In this document: piece after piece, positions 27,065-34,624 of the stretch | How the letters are laid out: every line of letters starts with the position of its first letter | How positions within the stretch are numbered: the first letter of the stretch is position 1 | Source: a virus | Strand: one strand, 5' to 3' | Virus record (IMG/VR): IMGVR_UViG_3300030108_004965 | Location: 64,001 to 128,000 of that record | DNA length: 64,000 bases | The notes under the pieces: generated by a model | Databases searched by the model: none | What the model saw: the letters and a program-made list of their open reading frames with translations, nothing else | What the model was told of the DNA's origin: nothing | Made by a program: the position numbers and the translations under genes

Positions 27065-27225
27065 ATTACCTCCACATATTTGTTGGGCAAAGACAGTTCA
27101 TACGTGTTTCCCACCGCCTTGGTTAAACCGATGATTTTCCAGCGGTTAAACTCGTTGGATACCCTTGCGGTTACGATCCCGATTTCATCGGTAGTTGTTA
27201 TTCTTACTAAACTTCCTATTTGCAT
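27055..27225 (-). CDS. KOW/SH3-like mini-protein (GDLV family, 56 aa)
   Basis: Manual ORF MQIGSLVRITTTDEIGIVT...YVEVICK*. Confidence 0.7.
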   Translation of the reverse strand: MQIGSLVRITTTDEIGIVTARVSNEFNRWKIIGLTKAVGNTYELSLPNKYVEVICK

Positions 27226-27413
27226 GTTACCTCCATAGGGTAGGAAATAAGTTTCAAGTCATAATCCTCATACCACCCGTTATGCTGGGGAGTAGAGGGG
27301 AAGTGTACTTCATAGGCACGTTGCTTCTTTCCGCTTTCTGGAAAGATCCAGCCAAGAGCCACGATAAAACCGATGTTGCCAAGCCCATCATCTACTAAAT
27401 CACCTATTTGCAT
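27216..27413 (-). CDS. KOW/SH3-like mini-protein (GDLV family)
   Basis: MQIGDLVDDGLGNIGFIVA...VHF...MEVTCK*. Confidence 0.75.
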   Translation of the reverse strand: MQIGDLVDDGLGNIGFIVALGWIFPESGKKQRAYEVHFPSTPQHNGWYEDYDLKLISYPMEVTCK

Positions 27414-27592
27414 ATTACCTCCAACCTGTGGCACTCCCACCAATGCTCGTAGCCTTCTGGTGTCCAGCAAACAAGAGCCGTGGGGTTGCTGGTGATAGTT
27501 GAACATTCAACAATCTTGACTACAATCCCGAAGGAAACACCAAAGGTGTTGACTTGGTTGTCTTTTATCTTCACTAAATCTCCTACTTTCAT
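27404..27592 (-). CDS. KOW/SH3-like mini-protein (GDLV family)
   Basis: MKVGDLVKI...FGIVVKI...VCW...RLEVICK*. Confidence 0.8.
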   Translation of the reverse strand: MKVGDLVKIKDNQVNTFGVSFGIVVKIVECSTITSNPTALVCWTPEGYEHWWECHRLEVICK

Positions 27593-27759
27593 GATACCAC
27601 CTCACACATAAAGTAAAGCCATTCTTTCTCGACACCTTCACAAAGAACAGTGTAAGTGCCATTCATAGCGTTTAGCCGAAGGCAAAGCCCAACATAGTGT
27701 TGGGGTTGCCCTCCAGTGTAGTCAGTGTATTGTATCAGTGATCCAACTTCATCATTCAT
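27589..27759 (-). CDS. KOW/SH3-like mini-protein (divergent, 56 aa)
   Basis: Manual ORF MNDEVGSLIQY...YVGLCL...MCEVVS*. Confidence 0.65.
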   Translation of the reverse strand: MNDEVGSLIQYTDYTGGQPQHYVGLCLRLNAMNGTYTVLCEGVEKEWLYFMCEVVS

Positions 27760-27817
27760 AATGTCTCCAGTTGTTTGGGTTATGTTAGTAATGTATCACG
27801 ATTTGAAGATTTGTCGA

Positions 27818-27832
27818 GGACAGAAAATGACC
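27818..27832. promoter_or_regulatory. palindromic operator (GGACA-W5-TGACC)
   Basis: GGACAGAAAATGACC abutting TCGACA / TGaTACATT promoter. Confidence 0.7.
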
Positions 27833-27835
27833 GTT

Positions 27836-28735
27836 TTATAGCCAAAGTTGTATAAGGTCGGTCACACCTTCTTCATAGAGTTTTTCTTGTGAGCGTTTTT
27901 TCGTTAGGAACTCCATTGCTTTGGCATGCCCTTCTTCTATCCACTCCGCACCAAGGGGAGTTTTGGAAGGAGACAAGACAGATATAAACTGGGGTTCGTT
28001 CCAAGAGTATCGAGAACCTGTGTATTTCACCAAGTTTCGTTCAAGACTATTGCTTATTCTAACTCCTATACCATCTGTGCCGAAGGAAACAAGTTTTGTC
28101 TCGTTGCCGATCTGGACTGTGACTTTGAGGTGCTGTCTGTAATCGTCTTTTCGATAATCATAACCGTTGCTGTGTGTTTTACTTCCGCAGAATAAAGACA
28201 GTTCATGCCAGTTTACATCTGTAACAACTCCGATAAACTCTTCGGTTGTACGGTTGTTACCATAGCCGCTCTCGGTCTTTAGGTTGAGTAATGCTCCTTC
28301 GGAGATACCCATTTGCTCGACAAATACCTGATGGAACATTTTACGCCAGTTGCGATTGGCATTGATAGCATCGGTGTTGTAAGCGTCCATATCTTCGCAG
28401 TGTCTACGATTGTGTTCTGTTGAACCACAGAACCCACACTTCGATTTAGACCGCTTGCGACCAGTGTTGCCACGTTTTTTGGCGGCTTCTTGCTTTGCAT
28501 AAGCGTTCATGCAGTTTTGATACCACTCTCCCCAATACTTTGGGTTCTTGTACCAATGACAGGTAGCAGTAGACTTACTTACCCCGATGGGTATCACGGG
28601 AGGAGACTTTGTAAACCAAGCATAGTCCTCGGCTACACGGGGGCAGTTGGTTGCGTTGTGCCCTTCTGCTCGGCAGTAGGAACATTTTGATTTACTTCTG
28701 TAAGAAGTGTTTCCGCTGTTGTTGTATATATTCAT
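27836..28735 (-). CDS. double CCHC zinc-knuckle protein (paralog A)
   Basis: CSYCRAEGHNATNC and CGFCGSTEHNRRHC (CX2CX4HX4C). Confidence 0.8.
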   Translation of the reverse strand: MNIYNNSGNTSYRSKSKCSYCRAEGHNATNCPRVAEDYAWFTKSPPVIPIGVSKSTATCHWYKNPKYWGEWYQNCMNAYAKQEAAKKRGNTGRKRSKSKCGFCGSTEHNRRHCEDMDAYNTDAINANRNWRKMFHQVFVEQMGISEGALLNLKTESGYGNNRTTEEFIGVVTDVNWHELSLFCGSKTHSNGYDYRKDDYRQHLKVTVQIGNETKLVSFGTDGIGVRISNSLERNLVKYTGSRYSWNEPQFISVLSPSKTPLGAEWIEEGHAKAMEFLTKKRSQEKLYEEGVTDLIQLWL

Positions 28736-28737
28736 GA

Positions 28738-28989
28738 TTACTTCTCCTGTGAAGTTCGGGGTGTTTGTCCACCTGTGGACTTTGGTTTTTTAGGTTGTTT
28801 TTTAATGGGCATATAACACAAGCCCTCTTGTATCATTACAGAAGCGGTGCGACCGAAGAAGCCCTGCATAGACCATGCAAGTCCTGTGTCAATAAGGTGT
28901 TGCCACGCTTGAATGTATTGCTCGTCGCTATCGGCTTCTTGTGCGCCTTCGGCTATCATCGTAGCCTCTAAGTTAGTTAGTTTCTTCAT
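28738..28989 (-). CDS. conserved-looking phage hypothetical protein
   Basis: AWQHLIDTGLAWSMQGFFGRTA motif; GGAGG RBS. Confidence 0.7.
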   Translation of the reverse strand: MKKLTNLEATMIAEGAQEADSDEQYIQAWQHLIDTGLAWSMQGFFGRTASVMIQEGLCYMPIKKQPKKPKSTGGQTPRTSQEK

Positions 28990-29048
28990 CGAAACCTCCA
29001 TTTGTTTGGGTTATACTATAAGTGTATCACGGTGGTGGGATTTTGCAA

Positions 29049-29063
29049 GGACAAAATATGTCC
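29049..29063. promoter_or_regulatory. palindromic operator GGACA-W5-TGTCC
   Basis: GGACAAAATATGTCC abutting TTGCAA / TGaTACACT promoter. Confidence 0.75.
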
Positions 29064-29067
29064 GTTT

Positions 29068-29220
29068 TCATAATAGTTCGAGATTACAGCCGTTGTAGCC
29101 TTGTTTGTATTTTTCATCGAACCAGTAGACCACCCACCTATCGACACAACCTACTTGCCATAGAATAATACCTATGCCTTCGCCACAGCCGTCTGTTACC
29201 AAATCACCTACTCCGAACAT
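29068..29220 (-). CDS. KOW/SH3-like mini-protein (GDLV family, 50 aa)
   Basis: Manual ORF MFGVGDLVTDGCGEGIGIIL...VYWF...NLELL*. Confidence 0.7.
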   Translation of the reverse strand: MFGVGDLVTDGCGEGIGIILWQVGCVDRWVVYWFDEKYKQGYNGCNLELL

Positions 29221-29221
29221 G

Positions 29222-29494
29222 CTACACCTTCCCACTGTCTACATTTTGTACTACAAGTAAAGGTTCACCATTCGCATAGGAGGCTGAGACAAACGCATAT
29301 TCGCTCACAAATGCCCCTTGGTTGAGTTCCTTGTGGAAATGCTTAACCTCACCGCTGGTGAGCCACAAACGCTCGTCAGGGGTAACATATGCGCTTGCTG
29401 TGGCAAACTCATGAACATCGCCCGACCATTCGCCTCGGTTCTCTTCTGCTAGCATTTTGGCTGTTTTCATTATTATTTCCAGTTTATCGTTCAT
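29222..29494 (-). CDS. hypothetical protein (90 aa)
   Basis: Start MNDKLEII after GGAGG. Confidence 0.7.
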   Translation of the reverse strand: MNDKLEIIMKTAKMLAEENRGEWSGDVHEFATASAYVTPDERLWLTSGEVKHFHKELNQGAFVSEYAFVSASYANGEPLLVVQNVDSGKV

Positions 29495-29717
29495 GTTGTC
29501 CTCCTTTGACAATCTTGAATGTTTCAGTTGAACCATAAAGGTCATGATCCCACATAGCGTCATCGTCATCTTCACTTAACCACTTAATGTAGATAAGATG
29601 GGCAAAGCCACCATTTTTGTGGTGCGCCTCGGTATGAGTTACCCACCCTATGTCATTAGCCTCTGGATGATTATTTTCCCAATGTTTATACAGTATCATG
29701 TCTCCAACTTCTATCAT
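29484..29717 (-). CDS. KOW/SH3-like mini-protein (GDLV family)
   Basis: MIEVGDMILY...IGWVTH...IKWL. Confidence 0.7.
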   Translation of the reverse strand: MIEVGDMILYKHWENNHPEANDIGWVTHTEAHHKNGGFAHLIYIKWLSEDDDDAMWDHDLYGSTETFKIVKGGQHER

Positions 29718-29774
29718 AATGTCCTCCAGTGTTGGGGTATAGTAGTAATGTATCATGTCCTCGAAATAAATCAA

Positions 29775-29789
29775 GGACATTTTTTGTCC
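29775..29789. promoter_or_regulatory. palindromic operator GGACA-W5-TGTCC
   Basis: GGACATTTTTTGTCC abutting TTGATT / TGaTACATT promoter. Confidence 0.75.
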
Positions 29790-29791
29790 GA

Positions 29792-30772
29792 TTATGGAAC
29801 ATGGTATCCATAAGATTTCAATCGTGCCTTAAGTTTCCCAGCGTTGCGACCTCTACGGGATGGATGGAACTTTGCTATCAACGGGGCTAGTTTACAGTTA
29901 ACTTCCCAAAGATTTTTGTTTTTTGCAATCCATTCCCAACACTCGGTATATCCATTGTTAAACCATTCTTCAGTAGGAATGTTCTCACTTGGTGCAAGGA
30001 TGTTATCTATTCTAGCACCCCAACTAGAGCCACGGTTGAACAACTCAGCAATCTTACCTTCTTTGCCCTGCTGGGTGTCGTTAATAACAAGAGAATGAAA
30101 CGGGTTTGTTAGTGTATGAGTTTGACCATCTATCAATACATCAATGCTTAACTCTGATTTGTAATCCCAATCTGATAGCGTCAAACCCATGTTGACCTGA
30201 TCCCAAGAAATAGCGGTGACAATACCAATCCCTGACCAGTTCTCTAGCCATAGGCCATTTTGTCGAAAGTGACTAGCAGACAAAGAAAGCAATGCACCTT
30301 CAGCAAAGCCCATACCCTTCACAAAACGCTCATAGAATAACTTGCGATAGTTCTGAGAGGCTCGGCCAAGATCGTCGATGAAGTTGTGCATAACATCGCA
30401 GTTCCTACGGTTATGCCCAGTCTCTCCGCAGAAGCCACAAGAAGTCTTGCGCTTTCGAGGCTTAACGCCCAGCCGTTCTAGTCGATCTTTCTTTTCCTTT
30501 CTGGCTTGTATCCGACGTTGTTGTCGGTCGTAGGCAGACTGCATGTTTCTGAAGATACGGTCATGATAAATCAACCTACCATCTTGATCTCTCTTACCGT
30601 AGGTGTTCCCATACCAAGTGGTGAACAGGCTAATGTCGGGTTCTTTGCCCTGCTTCTTCAGTTCCACCATCTTGGCTGGTACAGGGCAGGTCATCCACAT
30701 GTGACCTTCATTGCCACAGGTAGGGCAGTGTGTTGCTCGTTTATATCGATTTCTTTCTTCGTATATTTTCAT
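29792..30772 (-). CDS. double CCHC zinc-knuckle protein (paralog B)
   Basis: CPTCGNEGHMWMTC and CGFCGETGHNRRNC; shares NYRKLFYERFV..MG..EGALL and ILAPSE..P.EEW with paralog A. Confidence 0.8.
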   Translation of the reverse strand: MKIYEERNRYKRATHCPTCGNEGHMWMTCPVPAKMVELKKQGKEPDISLFTTWYGNTYGKRDQDGRLIYHDRIFRNMQSAYDRQQRRIQARKEKKDRLERLGVKPRKRKTSCGFCGETGHNRRNCDVMHNFIDDLGRASQNYRKLFYERFVKGMGFAEGALLSLSASHFRQNGLWLENWSGIGIVTAISWDQVNMGLTLSDWDYKSELSIDVLIDGQTHTLTNPFHSLVINDTQQGKEGKIAELFNRGSSWGARIDNILAPSENIPTEEWFNNGYTECWEWIAKNKNLWEVNCKLAPLIAKFHPSRRGRNAGKLKARLKSYGYHVP

Positions 30773-30790
30773 TTCGACCTCCAAGTCGTT

Positions 30791-30833
30791 TGGGTTATAT
30801 AGAACACTTATCGGGTTCAGTTGGTTTTGTCAA
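30791..30833 (-). promoter_or_regulatory. class-B early promoter
   Basis: TTGACAaaaccaactgAACCCGATAAGTGTtctatataaccca. Confidence 0.7.
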
Positions 30834-31024
30834 ACATTTTCTTGATTTTTCTTTATAGCCTCGGTGATCTCGATAAAGTCATCTTTTTTTATTTTTGCAA
30901 GAGCCAGACTAACAATGGCTGGGTCTGTATCCATTCCTTCTATTATATCTTGCAGTTCCCATATGCCCGATTGCTGTAAGATGTGCAATGAGTTAACGGA
31001 GATTTCTAAATCAACTAGGTTCAT
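30830..31024 (-). CDS. hypothetical protein (64 aa)
   Basis: Start MNLVDLE after GGAGG. Confidence 0.65.
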   Translation of the reverse strand: MNLVDLEISVNSLHILQQSGIWELQDIIEGMDTDPAIVSLALAKIKKDDFIEITEAIKKNQENV

Positions 31025-31259
31025 TTTGTACCTCCTGTATGACTTCGATTTCATTGGACGAACAGCCGATATAGTCTCCGTTCTCCAATGCTACGTGCCA
31101 ACGACCCCAGTGTTCTTGTCCGTGTTCATCGACACCTTCATCGGCCATGACTATCCCGATCCTGTCGGAATAAACATAGCCCCTTTTATCTTTCCATTCT
31201 TTTACAATGACCAGTTCCCCGATCTGAATGGCTTTTTTGCTTCTGTTTATTTTTAACAT
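31011..31259 (-). CDS. KOW/SH3-like mini-protein (GDLV family)
   Basis: IQIGELVIV...IGIVMA...VALENG...EIEVI. Confidence 0.7.
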   Translation of the reverse strand: MLKINRSKKAIQIGELVIVKEWKDKRGYVYSDRIGIVMADEGVDEHGQEHWGRWHVALENGDYIGCSSNEIEVIQEVQNEPS

Positions 31260-31420
31260 AGTATCTCCAAATCTTCTTTGTCTACCCAATCATCTACCAA
31301 ATCTTCTTCACAGACCCAATAGCAAAGTATCATTCCATCCGCTAAATCTTCATGATCCACGATGATACCTATCCCCCAGTAGGGATAACGGGGGTTGTGG
31401 ACTAAATCTCCTATTTTCAT
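31253..31420 (-). CDS. KOW/SH3-like mini-protein (GDLV family)
   Basis: MKIGDLVHNP...IGIIVD...CYW...DLEILC*. Confidence 0.8.
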   Translation of the reverse strand: MKIGDLVHNPRYPYWGIGIIVDHEDLADGMILCYWVCEEDLVDDWVDKEDLEILC

Positions 31421-31617
31421 ATTACCTCCAAGTAGTAGCCATATTCGTGCGTAGGAGATGCGTTGTGTGCCCACAGCACCGCATACTCCTCATGTTCGTC
31501 CTCATACCCCCCTGCACCTCGGTAGGAGACTATCATCCCGATCCAATCGAACTCATTGCCAGATGGATCAGCGAAGCCCTTCTGGATCTTTACAAGGTCG
31601 CCTATCTCAAAGTTCAT
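31417..31617 (-). CDS. KOW/SH3-like mini-protein (GDLV family)
   Basis: FEIGDLVKI...IGMIVS...VLW...YLEVI*. Confidence 0.8.
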   Translation of the reverse strand: MNFEIGDLVKIQKGFADPSGNEFDWIGMIVSYRGAGGYEDEHEEYAVLWAHNASPTHEYGYYLEVI

Positions 31618-31894
31618 CCTTCACCTCCTTAACGTCCAGAAATGAGCCTATATAACCCACAGGACACCTATACATTATGACCCTCCAGCCCATGAACTGG
31701 GTAGGTAGACGGGTATGCCACGGGGATACCTCGGTATCCTCTGTCTCTGCGTATACGTCTAGTGTAGTACCGCAGTCATTCGATGCCTTGCGGATGTAGA
31801 AGGCACTATCCGTACACTCTATCACTAAGGATTTTATCTCTTCTTTTGCCTCGTCAAACGGGGCTTTCTCTTTATTCCAATGTATGTTAGCCAT
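31607..31894 (-). CDS. hypothetical protein (95 aa)
   Basis: RBS supplied by the MEVING junction of the upstream gene. Confidence 0.7.
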   Translation of the reverse strand: MANIHWNKEKAPFDEAKEEIKSLVIECTDSAFYIRKASNDCGTTLDVYAETEDTEVSPWHTRLPTQFMGWRVIMYRCPVGYIGSFLDVKEVKDEL

Positions 31895-32036
31895 TTATCA
31901 CCTCCATTTCGCTTTCTATGTGATAGCCTTGTGTGCCATCAGTCCACTGAACATAAAACTCTCCGTCGTATACCACTTCTGTGATAATGCCGATGTCTCC
32001 ATCTTCGTTGTATCTTACTAAATCACCTACTTCCAT
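31887..32036 (-). CDS. KOW/SH3-like mini-protein (GDLV family, 49 aa)
   Basis: Manual ORF MEVGDLVRYNEDGDIGIITEV...VQWTDG...EMEVING*. Confidence 0.8.
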   Translation of the reverse strand: MEVGDLVRYNEDGDIGIITEVVYDGEFYVQWTDGTQGYHIESEMEVING

Positions 32037-32202
32037 TTATCACCTCCAAGTTTTCTTTTCGTTCATAACTGCTTTTTTGATTGCTCCACTGGATCAGGCA
32101 CTGTTCCACTATCCCGAATGGGGTATATCCAAGCCGTTTCCTAACGACAATACCAAACAACCACTTTGTGTGCTTGGGGCTTACTAAATCACCTACTTCC
32201 AT
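32023..32202 (-). CDS. KOW/SH3-like mini-protein (GDLV family, 59 aa)
   Basis: Manual ORF MEVGDLVSPKH...FGIVV...IQWSN...NLEVINGSR*. Confidence 0.8.
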   Translation of the reverse strand: MEVGDLVSPKHTKWLFGIVVRKRLGYTPFGIVEQCLIQWSNQKSSYERKENLEVINGSR

Positions 32203-32350
32203 TTATCACCTCCATATCGCTTGGGTTCATAAATCCCAAATCTCCACAAGACCATTGTACCCACCAGCCACCTGTGTTGTGCTTGACAATAATACCTGTC
32301 CTGTTGCACCCATACTTTGACTTCATCTTTACTAAATCACCTACTTTCAT
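32189..32350 (-). CDS. KOW/SH3-like mini-protein (GDLV family)
   Basis: MKVGDLVKM...TGIIVK...VQWSCG...DMEVINGSR*. Confidence 0.8.
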   Translation of the reverse strand: MKVGDLVKMKSKYGCNRTGIIVKHNTGGWWVQWSCGDLGFMNPSDMEVINGSR

Positions 32351-32526
32351 ATTACCTCCAACTGAGTTGGGAAATACATTCCGTACTTTCCTGTGTTGAG
32401 CCACAAAACTCTCGTTCTTTGAAACTGGCCAGTTGGTGACATTGATCCTTCTATGACCATGCCAAACCAGTTTGATTTGTCGTGAGAGGTTTTGTGCCTA
32501 AACTTTACCAAATCACCTACTTTCAT
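32347..32526 (-). CDS. KOW/SH3-like mini-protein (GDLV family, 59 aa)
   Basis: Manual ORF MKVGDLVKF...FGMVIE...VLWLN...QLEVI*. Confidence 0.8.
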   Translation of the reverse strand: MKVGDLVKFRHKTSHDKSNWFGMVIEGSMSPTGQFQRTRVLWLNTGKYGMYFPTQLEVI

Positions 32527-32689
32527 TTATCACCTCCACATGATAACTGCCGCCAGTTGTAATGCGGCCATCACCCCACTGAATACGGTAAATCCAATGA
32601 ACAGGGTTTACTTGTTTCTTCTTGCTTATTACAATCCCAACACCTTGTTTCGGGTTGGTTGTTAGTTTTACCAAATCACCTACTTCCAT
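32513..32689 (-). CDS. KOW/SH3-like mini-protein (GDLV family, 58 aa)
   Basis: Manual ORF MEVGDLVKL...VGIVIS...IQWGDG...HVEVINESR*. Confidence 0.8.
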   Translation of the reverse strand: MEVGDLVKLTTNPKQGVGIVISKKKQVNPVHWIYRIQWGDGRITTGGSYHVEVINESR

Positions 32690-32828
32690 TTATCACCTCC
32701 AGTGATGTTAAAGGGCATAGGTAGATTTCATTATTGAACATAACACAGCAGTCACCATTTCTTCTTATCTCTACAAGAACACCGATGGTTGGGTCATTCG
32801 CAAACAAAACTAAATCACCTATATTCAT
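32676..32828 (-). CDS. KOW/SH3-like mini-protein (GDLV family)
   Basis: MNIGDLVLF...IGVLVE...SLEVINGSR*. Confidence 0.8.
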   Translation of the reverse strand: MNIGDLVLFANDPTIGVLVEIRRNGDCCVMFNNEIYLCPLTSLEVINGSR

Positions 32829-32829
32829 A

Positions 32830-33201
32830 TCAATACCCCACTTGTATTTCACGCTTGACATGGATCTCACTTTCCCACCAGTCGCCACGATACTCTATGT
32901 CTTCGAGTTCTTCGCCAATGCGGAGGAAGCGAAACTTTTCTCTTTTTTCAACATCTTCCTCCATAGCGTCCATAAACTTCTCAAACATTTGAATGTCTTC
33001 AAACTCATTGAAGGTGGTATACCATTTTATACTATTGCACGTAAAGAGCCAATGCCCCTCGCATTGATAGTCTTTATCGAACTCAAAGTCAGACATATCT
33101 CCAAAGATTTGAGCCATGAGTTCTTCTGTTTTGAGAAAGGTGAGGAAGTCACCTTGTAAGTCTTTGTGTATTGCTATTGCAACGTCTGATCTGTATCCCA
33201 T
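32830..33201 (-). CDS. hypothetical protein (123 aa)
   Basis: MGYRSDVAIAI...FRFLRIGEELED; GGAGG RBS. Confidence 0.75.
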   Translation of the reverse strand: MGYRSDVAIAIHKDLQGDFLTFLKTEELMAQIFGDMSDFEFDKDYQCEGHWLFTCNSIKWYTTFNEFEDIQMFEKFMDAMEEDVEKREKFRFLRIGEELEDIEYRGDWWESEIHVKREIQVGY

Positions 33202-33260
33202 TGGACACCTCCTGTTTGTTGGTTATACTATAAGTGTATCACGACCAGCCAAAAAAGCAA

Positions 33261-33275
33261 GGTCATTTTTTGTCC
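33261..33275. promoter_or_regulatory. palindromic operator (GGTCA-W5-TGTCC)
   Basis: GGTCATTTTTTGTCC abutting TTGCTT / TGaTACACT promoter. Confidence 0.7.
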
Positions 33276-33448
33276 GTTTTTATTATTCTTAATTCGACCT
33301 CGGCAATCTCGGAGATAACTCCATCGTTCCACCAAACTCTATACCATCTGTTCCCTGTGTACATGTGCGAAGAGATTACAATGCCGATCTTCTTTGTGTT
33401 GCTCCAAGTCCAGATAAACTCGACAAGTTCACCGTTCTGGATCATCAT
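33263..33448 (-). CDS. KOW/SH3-like mini-protein (GDLV family)
   Basis: IQNGELVEF...IGIVIS...VWWNDG...ELRII. Confidence 0.75.
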   Translation of the reverse strand: MMIQNGELVEFIWTWSNTKKIGIVISSHMYTGNRWYRVWWNDGVISEIAEVELRIIKTDKK

Positions 33449-33626
33449 TTAAGGCCATTAGTTCACAGTCTATAAGGTCAATCCCTTCAGTTCCATCTGC
33501 CCACAAAACATCGTAAGTTGTCTGATTGAATGTATTTAACTCTGGGCTTGTTATATCCGAAACGATCCCGATCATTCCGTGGTCTGCGTCGTATTGTATC
33601 CACATAACTAAATCACCTATTTTCAT
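33429..33626 (-). CDS. KOW/SH3-like mini-protein (GDLV family)
   Basis: MKIGDLVMW...IGIVSD...VLWADG. Confidence 0.8.
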   Translation of the reverse strand: MKIGDLVMWIQYDADHGMIGIVSDITSPELNTFNQTTYDVLWADGTEGIDLIDCELMALNDDPER

Positions 33627-33783
33627 TTATCACCTCCAATCCACTGGTGTACATTCCAGACCTGCTTCCGCACTGCCAGAACACCACGGCATATTCCTGA
33701 GCATGCACATGAAAACACAATATGTTCTCTACTATTCCGTACTGTTCGTGTTCTTTGTGTTTTACTAAATCACCTACTTTCAT
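33613..33783 (-). CDS. KOW/SH3-like mini-protein (GDLV family, 56 aa)
   Basis: Manual ORF MKVGDLVKH...YGIVEN...VFW...GLEVINENR*. Confidence 0.8.
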   Translation of the reverse strand: MKVGDLVKHKEHEQYGIVENILCFHVHAQEYAVVFWQCGSRSGMYTSGLEVINENR

Positions 33784-33934
33784 TTATCACCTCCAACCAT
33801 TGGATCTCGATCCAGTAGGTTTTACCACTAGACCAATAAACATTCGCATATCCTTTTGTAACCTCGACAATCATTCCGGTGTCTCCGGCAGAAGGATAAT
33901 CTTCACCTACTATAACTAAATCACCCCTCTCCAT
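33770..33934 (-). CDS. KOW/SH3-like mini-protein (GDLV family, 54 aa)
   Basis: Manual ORF MERGDLVIV...TGMIVE...VYWSSG...WLEVINESR*. Confidence 0.8.
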   Translation of the reverse strand: MERGDLVIVGEDYPSAGDTGMIVEVTKGYANVYWSSGKTYWIEIQWLEVINESR

Positions 33935-34121
33935 CGAACACCTCGTCGATGCTATCTATCTTCTTGATGAAATGCCCAGCAATGTCAGGGTGCTTTACTT
34001 TGAGCCACATGCCCACAATGTCGCACTCCCACATGTCTACAACCTCATAGTACACGGGTTCATAGTTTTGATACACTCCGTACCTTTTTGCTGTTACCTT
34101 ATCGCCTATTTTTATTCGCAT
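33921..34121 (-). CDS. KOW/SH3-like mini-protein (divergent)
   Basis: MRIKIGDKV... Confidence 0.7.
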   Translation of the reverse strand: MRIKIGDKVTAKRYGVYQNYEPVYYEVVDMWECDIVGMWLKVKHPDIAGHFIKKIDSIDEVFDGEG

Positions 34122-34297
34122 AATACCTCCATGCCCCAACTGTCATACGTCCAGCCTCTACCAGATCGCCCGTTTGAGAAAAGAACAACAAAGTAAGATT
34201 TACCCTCCATCCTATATTCTTCCGTCGCAATACCCAACGCACCAACCAATTGTTTGTTGTCGCTTTTTGTGACCATCACTAAACTACCTACTTTCAT
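34112..34297 (-). CDS. KOW/SH3-like mini-protein (GDLV family)
   Basis: MKVGSLVMV...LGIATE...VLFSNG...GMEVLCE*. Confidence 0.8.
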   Translation of the reverse strand: MKVGSLVMVTKSDNKQLVGALGIATEEYRMEGKSYFVVLFSNGRSGRGWTYDSWGMEVLCE

Positions 34298-34445
34298 TTA
34301 TCACCTCCATTCTTCTGGCTGGTGTCCAAGAATGATCCCCATCGTACCAAAGCACCTTGATGGTGAACTCATTCTGGCCAATCTCTGTTACTATTCCCAT
34401 TTGTTCACTATGGAATACATGCTTTACTAAATCACCTACTTTCAT
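34284..34445 (-). CDS. KOW/SH3-like mini-protein (GDLV family, 53 aa)
   Basis: Manual ORF MKVGDLVKH...MGIVTE...VLWYDG...RMEVINESR*. Confidence 0.8.
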   Translation of the reverse strand: MKVGDLVKHVFHSEQMGIVTEIGQNEFTIKVLWYDGDHSWTPARRMEVINESR

Positions 34446-34624
34446 GATGCCTCCTGTTTGTCGTCTAAGGGTCTGTAAAAGACCCTCCAGTTAATGTCGC
34501 CAATCTGGCAATACCTGTCTTTGTCTAGGTTGATACAGCCGATATATCCACCAACCAATGATGGTTCTGTGACTACGTATCTGTCGCCTAGATCCTTGTG
34601 TATGTAAATGTCGCCTACTTTCAT
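34442..34624 (-). CDS. KOW/SH3-like mini-protein (divergent)
   Basis: MKVGDIYIHKD... Confidence 0.7.
   Translation of the reverse strand: MKVGDIYIHKDLGDRYVVTEPSLVGGYIGCINLDKDRYCQIGDINWRVFYRPLDDKQEAS

Larger units (their letters stand above)
32015..32701 (-). repeat. junction-repeat array 1 (~34-bp TGGAGGTGATAAATGRAAGTAGGTGATTTRGTAA units)
   Basis: Copies at 32015, 32181, 32329 (shorter variant), 32505 and 32668, separated by unique coding DNA. Confidence 0.9.
33605..34455 (-). repeat. junction-repeat array 2
   Basis: Copies at 33605, 33762 and 34276; variants near 33913 and 34424. Confidence 0.85.
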
